From an uncultured Haloferula sp. (GTDB lineage: Bacteria; Verrucomicrobiota; Verrucomicrobiia; Verrucomicrobiales; Akkermansiaceae): DNA of 64,000 nucleotides. The notes beneath the pieces were generated by a model, which did not search any database, was not told the origin of the DNA, and saw only the letters and a list, made by a program, of their open reading frames with translations. A program made the position numbers and the translations under genes. Position 1 is the stretch's first letter, and the number at the start of each line of letters is the position of its first letter. This document shows, piece by piece, positions 15,701 to 21,999 of the stretch. The stretch is taken from contig CBFGTS010000002.1 in NCBI GenBank assembly GCA_965652295.1, forward strand, positions 32,001-96,000, given 5' to 3'.

Positions 15701-18321
15701 AAAGACCGGTTTCGACATTGGTGCTCGGGCCGAAGCAGAAAGCACTGCTACACCAAGTTCATGAGGTAAGTGATTGGGTCTTCACAATCGACAAGAGCAT
15801 GGGGGTCGAGTTCTTCGATCACCGCCCGAGCATCGACCGGCCCGAGTATCTGATCGACCATAGTCCTGATTTCTCGGCAAGCGGCGGAAGAAGGGTTGTG
15901 ATCACCTCCAGATCGCAGACCGAGATCCGGGTGATGTTCGAGCGGGTGCTTGCCGAGCACGGCTTGCAGGACTTCGCATCCCGATCTGCCGGGTTGCTTG
16001 CTGAACTCAGACTTCTCTCGGGAAGGCTCGCTCTCAAGCTGGTATCAGCATCGACACACAGGGCTGAGGCTCTCGGGCTCGCGCTTGGCAAGCTCTTCCT
16101 AGAGTACCAGTCTGCCTTTCAATGTCAGGCGGTAGTGCCCTTGGATTCGCACACAGATATTCTTCGGCCAGACCCAAATGCTCCGCTCGATCTTTCCGAG
16201 GAGGTGTCCCTCAGGCGCACCGATCTGGCGCTCTTCGATTTTGACGCTTCGAACATGAGCCTAGTCTGCCGGCTGGTCGAGGTGAAGTGCTACAAGAACG
16301 CAGGGGGCTCTCTCGAAGCCTTGGGCGCGTTGAAAGCAAGTATCGCCGAGCAACTCGACAGCAGCGAGCAGGCCATCCGAAGGCGCTTCAATCAAGAGGT
16401 GACACCTGACTCGGTCCGTCCTGACCGAGTAATTCGCACTCAGGAGTTGTGCAACCTGCTCGAGTTCTATGTGGAAAGGGCGCGGCGGCTCGGCCTTCTG
16501 ACCGGCAATGCCTACCAAGAGGCCAAGTATTTCCTCCGGTCGATGGAGAGGGGTTACGGGCTTCGCTTCACGAAGAGCGCCTTGGTGTTCGACTTCGAGA
16601 AGACAGGGTTTGAGGAGAGCATCGAGGAGAACGGTATCGAGTACCACAGAATTGGTCGGGATCTGATTGAACAGCTCGTTGAAGCTCTTCCAGCGGAGCA
16701 TTGGGGCACTGAAACCCTTCCGTTTGGAACTGAAAAGCAGGCTAAAAAGACCGATATTGAGGAGCAAGGTTCAAGAACACTCTCCGAGCTCCGCTCCCGC
16801 GACTTCCCGGTAGTTGAGAAGGCGGCATTCCTCCCGCCAAAGAGAGATCGGACCATTTCTTGGAGCAAGACCACGACCCGGGTTCCAGCGGTGCAGGATG
16901 GCGGCACGCAGCAAACTACTCAGACACCGACGCCCGAGGCGCCTGTCGAACTGACCAAGCCGGTTGCTACGCCTACCCCGCCCGAACCAACTGCCCCAAC
17001 GCCGACTGCTGAACAGCCAGCTCCTGAAGTCTCTCCCCAAGACGGCTCGTCTTCGAGTACGGAGAAGCCGATTGAACCATCTGTGCCAGCATCAGAGCCA
17101 TCAGGAGGAGTCGACGTTCAGACTAAGGATCCCGACGTGCTACTTGGCTCATCATCGTCCTCACCCCAGTTCGGGCATATCGCGAAGCTGCACGGCAGGA
17201 CGATCGCACTGGACTTGAACCAAACGCAGACCATCAGCCTCTTTGGAGTGCAAGGGGGAGGAAAGAGCTACACCCTTGGGACGATCATCGAGATGGCGAC
17301 GATGCCGATTCCGGGCATCAATCAGCTGCCGAAGCCTCTTGCGACCGTCGTCTTCCACTACAGCCAGACTCAGGACTACAAGCCGGAGTTCACCTCCATG
17401 AACCGGCCGAACGACGATGAAAAGTCCCTCAAGGCGCTGATTGACGACTACGCCGCCAGCGGAAGACCTCTCTCGGATCTCGTGCTCCTCGCTCCAGAAG
17501 GAAAGATTGCTGCACGGAAAGCCGAGTATCCTGACATCGAAGTCCTGCCGCTCAAGTTTGCGTCCTCCGAGCTGCAAGCCGGACACTGGCGGTTTCTTAT
17601 GGGCGCAGTTGGCAACCAGGCGACCTACATCCGACGCTTGAATCAGCTCATGCGCTCGATGAGGGAGAATCTCACCCTAGAAGCGCTCAGATCAGCCGTT
17701 GAGAATGCCGGTTTCACGGACAATCTCCGCGATCTTGCTATGATGCGTCTCGATCTGGCGTCGACCTACATCGACGACGCAGCCAAAATCTCTGAGGTCA
17801 TTCGTCCAGGCAGGCTCGTCATTGTGGACTTGCGCGACGAATTCATTGAAAAGGACGAGGCACTGGGTCTTTTTGTCGTCTTGCTTCAGTTGTTCTCCGA
17901 CGCGACCTACAACGGCGAGTTCTTCAACAAGCTCGTCGTATTTGACGAAGCTCACAAATACATCGAGAGCCCGGATCTGGTTGATGGCCTGGTGAGCGTG
18001 GTTCGTGAGATGCGCCACAAGGGAACTTCGGTTCTTGTCGCCAGCCAAGATCCTCCGTCGGTTCCGGTTGCGTTGATCGAACTCTCCACCCAGATCATCC
18101 TCCACCGATTCAACAGTCCTGCTTGGTTGAAACACATTCAGAAGGCAAACGCCGCGCTTTCGGGGATCCAGTCGGAGCAGCTATCGCGGTTACAGCCAGG
18201 TGATGCCTTCCTTTGGTCAGCGAAAGCCACCGACCGAGCCTTCTCGACGGAGGCCGTCAAAGTCCGGTGCCGACCACGAATCACGAAGCACGGGGGCGAT
18301 ACGAAGACCGCAGTTGGATGA
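12772..18321 (+). CDS. mad8: 1849-aa ATP-binding protein with C-terminal HerA/FtsK-like ATPase; MADS MAD8
   Basis: Walker A GVQGGGKS, Walker B LVVFDEAH, VREMRHKG, LVASQDP, preceded by a Pro/Thr-rich linker; last gene of the operon. Confidence 0.85.
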   Translation: MEATFRRINSDDVDKHLQPVLEEMISESLSTRQPGHCMRVGSLSGPLMARLAESLVDRFDGSAMVHVLGTQEEAGSSPLFITSSKLIELRNPLPDGTQRPPLLVFVPDDLRTSAEDSFSGATFEQVELTDSYAVLKQRLLEGVPNGLRSQAEGCIRILEERAWPIANMTGVLRFLLSIKINGYDDEVLGAALCELGLIPDFKLLEDPAIVQNRLSKNHESAKNLLFSNRSVVGRVLDLKIATDSVQTALIGYLSVNNLEDPVAWTSQLASDPRLYGLSFDKWGTGSSEDYAYNIFVEVVSLDLPEIKNDETDPKLGQLPPGQRVLVIGGSGPQKFKLKFRCSPAPSTIPDLDHFKIQIVSRENGPTGAVKKKKRWEGTRQEATQSFTKVRSLDWEEGWHFVRVLPYNADGDILPIVNAAGEAIPVVGEDDDAETPHQSDLFYVICDEEVEIELPQRAVPRVPSLQHAIIGKLYGNLADSSGAEASDPVRVNWQAAETGSDMLELVEFRFPGEGAVNIPLTRPLRQLEQAILSNPGAVGRWSVSLNHADRVEISPGPGEIGGSEVCDSFLGSRGKLFEMIRGEDERGLVELTQIARIEETALNYAASYSELVAHALRRVEIAGPDQQKPALEALSATLAIDSVIVKLTDFKGGRRTGYLVAPTHPLRMLWLVCWSRLSDAWADQLRKGNRNQASSVRQALFESLAMINFPASLVGPAARILQSVDNIHPLWTVYAGTDELDPRGLVAELCTALSLPEAPVGGFSLNGEFLANRLRRYVIQHPYIQTLSLNCFNAGRGKILADALLALQKNVDTKNLRYDLRLFVANPEAPGVGDDLSELISPSSNLAAAEADVFASPTGDHLSPKLTFSLRGISEFQEQPSEFGAHITLLFDVFPTQAVGTRPPENAEDAAPIHGLLQDFSIVYEEDGDRVAWHKSPRHGGAIPIPDAEEHSDLLSALATQLSTAAATVATGQAGTAQRPVSTLVLGPKQKALLHQVHEVSDWVFTIDKSMGVEFFDHRPSIDRPEYLIDHSPDFSASGGRRVVITSRSQTEIRVMFERVLAEHGLQDFASRSAGLLAELRLLSGRLALKLVSASTHRAEALGLALGKLFLEYQSAFQCQAVVPLDSHTDILRPDPNAPLDLSEEVSLRRTDLALFDFDASNMSLVCRLVEVKCYKNAGGSLEALGALKASIAEQLDSSEQAIRRRFNQEVTPDSVRPDRVIRTQELCNLLEFYVERARRLGLLTGNAYQEAKYFLRSMERGYGLRFTKSALVFDFEKTGFEESIEENGIEYHRIGRDLIEQLVEALPAEHWGTETLPFGTEKQAKKTDIEEQGSRTLSELRSRDFPVVEKAAFLPPKRDRTISWSKTTTRVPAVQDGGTQQTTQTPTPEAPVELTKPVATPTPPEPTAPTPTAEQPAPEVSPQDGSSSSTEKPIEPSVPASEPSGGVDVQTKDPDVLLGSSSSSPQFGHIAKLHGRTIALDLNQTQTISLFGVQGGGKSYTLGTIIEMATMPIPGINQLPKPLATVVFHYSQTQDYKPEFTSMNRPNDDEKSLKALIDDYAASGRPLSDLVLLAPEGKIAARKAEYPDIEVLPLKFASSELQAGHWRFLMGAVGNQATYIRRLNQLMRSMRENLTLEALRSAVENAGFTDNLRDLAMMRLDLASTYIDDAAKISEVIRPGRLVIVDLRDEFIEKDEALGLFVVLLQLFSDATYNGEFFNKLVVFDEAHKYIESPDLVDGLVSVVREMRHKGTSVLVASQDPPSVPVALIELSTQIILHRFNSPAWLKHIQKANAALSGIQSEQLSRLQPGDAFLWSAKATDRAFSTEAVKVRCRPRITKHGGDTKTAVG

Positions 18322-18419
18322 TCGAGTTTCTACCCGATGTAGGTTTTCCAGATGAGTAGACGCCAAGACGCCACCGAATTCTCTCTCACCTGGAGGCAAC
18401 CAGTTGCGTGCAACCCCAG

Positions 18420-18630
18420 GGGCCTCCTTGGTGACTCGGTGAATCCGCCCGATCTCGCCCCGCTTGAGCTGACCCTTGATCTCTTGGGCGAGCGCGAGGG
18501 CGCTCTTCTCGTCCTGGCGATCCTTAACCTGCCGGGTCATCCCGGGTGGACTCCAGGTGACGCGCCACGGCTTCCCGGGCGACCCCGGGGAGTAGATCTT
18601 GACCGGGCCATCTGTGGAGTGGAGAGGCAC
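18420..18630 (-). pseudogene. Probable N-terminal remnant of a tyrosine integrase
   Basis: GTG at 18630 reads away from ssrA: VKIYSPGSPGKPWRVTWSPPGMTRQVKDRQDEKSALALAQEIKGQLKRG. This resembles a three-strand-plus-helix arm-binding domain. The frame then runs into non-protein-like sequence and overlaps the mad8 end; no catalytic domain. Confidence 0.5.
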
Positions 18631-18645
18631 CCGGAGAGGCTGCTA

Positions 18646-18667
18646 AAAACACACGGAAAACACACGG
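18646..18667. repeat. Tandem 11-bp direct repeat AAAACACACGG x2 (candidate integrase arm-type sites)
   Basis: Exact copies at 18646-18656 and 18657-18667, about 110 bp from the ssrA 3' end. Confidence 0.6.
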
Positions 18668-18723
18668 ATGTTTCGCCAGAATCGGCCATTTTTGGCCAAT
18701 GCCGAGGTCCTCAAAACGGCCAG

Positions 18724-18763
18724 AAAAAACCCGCAACCTACTCACTTAGAGTCTGTTGCGGGT
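18724..18763 (-). terminator. Intrinsic terminator downstream of ssrA
   Basis: ACCCGCAAC(18729-18737)/GTTGCGGGT(18755-18763) stem followed by a T-run on the minus strand. Confidence 0.7.
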
Positions 18764-18773
18764 AAACTTAAAA

Positions 18774-19133
18774 TGGTGGAGGCGAGGGGAGTCGAACCCC
18801 TGTCCGGAACATCTTCAGCACTGGCATCTACACGTTTAGCGGATGATCAGAAGATTCGGAGAGGATCGGCTCATCCGCCGCGTTCCCTTTCCTAGCGTCC
18901 TGTTTGGTCTCGCCATCCGACCCGGTCCGCCCGATCTGATGGCCAGCCTGTTGAGTAGTCGCCATCCCCCTTAACAGGCGTCGGGGTTCAGGCGTTGCTG
19001 TCAATTAAGCAGCAAGTGCGAGCTCGTTAGAGTCTGCAATTATTTGTTTTGGACGGCTTTTTTAGGAGGCCAACCGACCAACCTCCACGTGCAGCCAGCG
19101 CGTCGAACATCCCGTCGAAACCAGAACGCCCCC
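18774..19133 (-). ncRNA. ssrA: tmRNA (360 nt), tag reading frame ADSNELALAA*
   Basis: 5' GGGGGCGTTCTGGTTTCGAC and 3' GGGGTTCGACTCCCCTCGCCTCCACCA form an Ala acceptor stem with G3:U. Tag frame 19037-19005 is GCA GAC TCT AAC GAG CTC GCA CTT GCT GCT TAA, preceded by ATAATT. Confidence 0.97.
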
Positions 19134-19150
19134 GTTTGCTGAGCGGCGGT

Positions 19151-19179
19151 AAGATGCTCGTGCAAGGGCGGTTATTCAA
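19151..19179 (-). promoter_or_regulatory. Candidate sigma70 promoter of ssrA
   Basis: TTGAAT - 17 nt - CATCTT on the minus strand, 17 nt upstream of the mature 5' end. Confidence 0.45.
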
Positions 19180-19310
19180 TCGGGAAAATGGGGATCTTTT
19201 CGCCTGCTTGCTGCTGCCGCCATGAGGGGGCCTCACAGGGCGTGCGACCTGACCGAACCAAGGTTCATGAAAGTTCGGAAAAACGTCCCGGGGGGAGGGC
19301 CCTAAGCACG

Positions 19311-19635
19311 TACTCCACAAGTTGTTCACAGCCCGGAGCAGCGGCTCGTTCGAAGCTTCTTTGGGGCTTCTCAAGGGAGCGTCTCCCCTGCGTGATCGCT
19401 TCCCGGAGGTTCCTGAATTGCGAACAACTTGTGGGAAACTCGTGGAATCCCTTGAAAGGCTTCGAGAGCCATTGGTTGTAAGTGACTTGCATTCCTTATT
19501 CACAGTTATTCCCAAACGAAGAACTCTTGTTTGAATGGAAACGCTTCGAGGCGCGATGACGGAGAAAATGGACCAACCAAGATGGCGGAACCGTCACGTT
19601 GGCACGGGGCGTGAGTTTTGCCGAAGTTGTTCACA
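19311..19635. other. DnaA-box cluster, candidate oriC
   Basis: TTATTCACA 19496, TTATTCCCA 19506, TTGTTCACA 19322 and 19627, TACTCCACA 19311; minus strand TTTCCCACA 19430-19438 and TTGTTCGCA 19419-19427. All lie in a roughly 520-bp non-coding gap. Confidence 0.65.
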
Positions 19636-19657
19636 ACGCCTGAGGCTCGGCCGGAGC

Positions 19658-20269
19658 TCAGGATTTGAGAAAATTCTCCAAAAGCCGGATGCCTGCCTGC
19701 TGGCTCTTTTCCGGGTGGAACTGGGTGGCGATGAGCCTGCCGCGTCGCACGGCGGCGGCGAACCGGGTTCCTTCGTATTCTGTTTCCATCGCGACGAGCG
19801 CCTTGTCGCTCGGCTCAGGGTAATAGGAATGGACGAAGTAGAAATAGGGGGCCTCGCCGAGACCGTCCCAAAGCGGAAGATCCGCTTGGAGGAGGCGCGC
19901 GCTGTTCCAGCCCATGTGGGGGATTTTGCGGCCGTCTTCAGGAAAGCGGACGACCTTGCCCTTGAGCACTCCGAGGCCGGCGACGCCGGGGCTTTCCGCG
20001 CCGCTCTCGAACAAGACCTGATAGCCGACGCAGATCCCGAAGAAGGGACGGTCGTCGGCGATCCAGCGGCGGATGGGCTCGATCAGCCCCCGCCGGTCCA
20101 GCTCCGTCATGGCATCGCCGAAGGCCCCCACACCGGGAAAAATCAGGTGGGTGAGGTCGTCGAAGCCTTCGCCAGTGGCCAGCAGCTTGGGCGTCACGCC
20201 CAGCGATTGCACGGCATTGGCGGCGCTGCGGAGGTTGCCTGCGCCGTAATCGATGATTCCAACGTTCAC
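19658..20269 (-). CDS. hisH: Imidazole glycerol phosphate synthase subunit HisH
   Basis: IIDYGAGNLRS, PGVGAF, GICVGYQ, PHMGWN, YFVHSY, QFHPEKS. Confidence 0.97.
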   Translation of the reverse strand: MNVGIIDYGAGNLRSAANAVQSLGVTPKLLATGEGFDDLTHLIFPGVGAFGDAMTELDRRGLIEPIRRWIADDRPFFGICVGYQVLFESGAESPGVAGLGVLKGKVVRFPEDGRKIPHMGWNSARLLQADLPLWDGLGEAPYFYFVHSYYPEPSDKALVAMETEYEGTRFAAAVRRGRLIATQFHPEKSQQAGIRLLENFLKS

Positions 20270-20280
20270 GGGTCGGGGGA

Positions 20281-20868
20281 TCAGAGAGCTTCCTTCGTGC
20301 TGGGAATGCCGGTCACGCGGGGATCGATCCCGCAGGCGTCACGGAGGGCCCGGGCAAGGCCCTTGAAGATGGCTTCGGCGATGTGGTGTCCGTCGCGACC
20401 GTAAAGGAGCTCCACGTGGAGATTGCAGCGGAGGTTCGAGGCCACGGCGCGGCAGAACTCTTCGACCAGTGAAAACGGGAAATTGGGAGCGGATGGGGTC
20501 GACTCGGCGGCCCGGAATTCAAGAAAAGGCCGGTTGCTGAGGTCGATGACGACCCGGGCCAGCGTTTCGTCCATCGGAAGATAGGCGGCTCCGTAGCGTT
20601 GGATACCGCGCTTGTCGCCAAGCGCCTCGCGGATCGCCTCACCGAGCACGATGCCGACGTCCTCGACGGTGTGATGGAAATCCACCTCGATGTCGCCCTC
20701 GCACTTCAACTGCACGTCGAAAAGACCGTGCCTCGAAAAGAGGGTGAGCATGTGGTCGAAGAAGGGGACCCCGGTATCGATCTTCGAGGTGCCGGAGCCG
20801 TCGAGATCGATGGAGAGCTCGATGCGGGTTTCGGCCGTGGCGCGGGAGCGGCTGGCGGTGCGGGGCAT
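20281..20868 (-). CDS. hisB: Imidazoleglycerol-phosphate dehydratase
   Basis: [35 protein letters not shown]; start placed at MPRTASRSR (ATG 20868). Confidence 0.96.
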   Translation of the reverse strand: MPRTASRSRATAETRIELSIDLDGSGTSKIDTGVPFFDHMLTLFSRHGLFDVQLKCEGDIEVDFHHTVEDVGIVLGEAIREALGDKRGIQRYGAAYLPMDETLARVVIDLSNRPFLEFRAAESTPSAPNFPFSLVEEFCRAVASNLRCNLHVELLYGRDGHHIAEAIFKGLARALRDACGIDPRVTGIPSTKEAL

Positions 20869-20929
20869 GACGGCGTGCATTGACAGCCGGAGTGGCCCGG
20901 CTGTCAACGCGAGTGTCGAAAAGACCGGA

Positions 20930-21988
20930 TCAGGAGCCGGTGGTGCCTTCGGGCGCGAGCTGCTGAAGACGCTGCAGGTAAGGCTCAGGGACGCCTGCCT
21001 CTTGAGCCGACTTGAGGGCTGCGGCGGCCGCTTCGGCATCCGGCTCGCCCTTGAGCGTCTTGTAGGCTTCCTGATACGCTTTGCCACCATCGGGAATCGC
21101 TGAGACGTCCAGCTCCTTCAGCTTCTGGAATTCCTGGGCGAGGGTGCCGCGCATTTCGCGCATGGCGTCCAGATGCCAGACGTTGACGGAGATCCAGCGC
21201 TCACCGGCCTGCTTTTCTTCTTCGAGCTGCGCCTCGTATTTCGCCATCTGGTCTTCGATCGCCTGCTTGGTCCGCGGCTTGTCTTGTGTGGGGAGCTTCT
21301 TGAAATCCTCGGCCCGCTTGGTTTTGCGCTCTTCAAAGCTGCGGACCTCGTCGCCGAGCTTCGAGTGGAGTTCCTTGATCAGGACGGAGGCGATCGGCAC
21401 CGAGTCCTTGTAGGCCTGGGTGGTCGGGAACTTCTCGGCGAGCTCGTCCCACGCACGCAACGCGGCGACATACTGGTTGTCATCCACGAGTTGCTTGAAG
21501 TCGGCAAAGGCCAGGCGGGCATCGAAGCCGTAGGCGTCCCCCTGGCGGTCGTCCGCGGAGATCAATTCGCCATCGTATTTCACGCCGCCGTTTTTGATCA
21601 CCGCATACTCTTCCTTGAGGGTCTTGGCGATGTTCTCGGCCGCGGATTTGTGGAAGCTCTCCGGGTAGGTCTCGATGAACTTTTCGACCTGCTTGATGCG
21701 GGCTTCGTATTCGCCGGGCTCGAGCAGGTCGGGCGTGGGTACGAGTTCCTTGATCTCGGGAAACTCCTTTTCATCCTTCGCTTCGGGGATGACCGCCACG
21801 ACGTCGGCCTTGGCGATGGTGCGCTGGTCGCGGATGGAAGGGGTGACCTGGACCAGCGCGATGTAGGAATCGTCGGTCTCGGAGATGATGGTACCTTCCA
21901 GTTTTGTTCCGTCCTTCAGCTTGAAGGTATCCGCTTGGGCGAGGCCCAGAAGGATGGGAACGAGGAGGGCGATGGGCTTTTTCTTCAT
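20930..21988 (-). CDS. Secreted helical protein, PTPDL family
   Basis: Signal peptide [19 protein letters not shown], then [13 protein letters not shown] and a VPTPDLL motif. Confidence 0.7.
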   Translation of the reverse strand: MKKKPIALLVPILLGLAQADTFKLKDGTKLEGTIISETDDSYIALVQVTPSIRDQRTIAKADVVAVIPEAKDEKEFPEIKELVPTPDLLEPGEYEARIKQVEKFIETYPESFHKSAAENIAKTLKEEYAVIKNGGVKYDGELISADDRQGDAYGFDARLAFADFKQLVDDNQYVAALRAWDELAEKFPTTQAYKDSVPIASVLIKELHSKLGDEVRSFEERKTKRAEDFKKLPTQDKPRTKQAIEDQMAKYEAQLEEEKQAGERWISVNVWHLDAMREMRGTLAQEFQKLKELDVSAIPDGGKAYQEAYKTLKGEPDAEAAAAALKSAQEAGVPEPYLQRLQQLAPEGTTGS

Positions 21989-21999
21989 GTGAGTTTGGG

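Larger units (their letters stand above)
1..18773. mobile_element. Genomic (defence) island integrated at the 3' end of tmRNA; left boundary lies outside the window
   Basis: Accessory genes (Fic, ParA/RHH, MADS) run up to the CCA end of ssrA. An integrase-like remnant and tandem repeats sit next to ssrA. GC is lower than in the core genes to the right (spot counts on single 60-nt lines: about 43-62% vs about 70% in ftsH). Confidence 0.8.

Noticed and set aside
16870..17130. Possible DNA repeat array within mad8
   Set aside because: Low-complexity Pro/Thr coding linker without regular nucleotide repeat units.
1640..18321. Classical type I R-M, BREX/Pgl or Dnd system
   Set aside because: No HsdR helicase, no PglZ/PglX/BrxC and no DndA-E; gene order fits MADS.
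18391..18417. TGGAGGC...AACCCC as a possible att duplicate of the ssrA 3' end
   Set aside because: Only 7+6 matching bases, with different spacing and interior; consistent with chance.
18774..18815. Apparent tRNA 3' half
   Set aside because: It is the tRNA-like domain of tmRNA; the matching 5' end lies 360 nt away, with a tag frame in between.
19027..19534. Short ORFs across the ssrA-hisH gap
   Set aside because: Overlapping, motif-free ORFs on both strands; the region is better explained as a promoter plus DnaA boxes.
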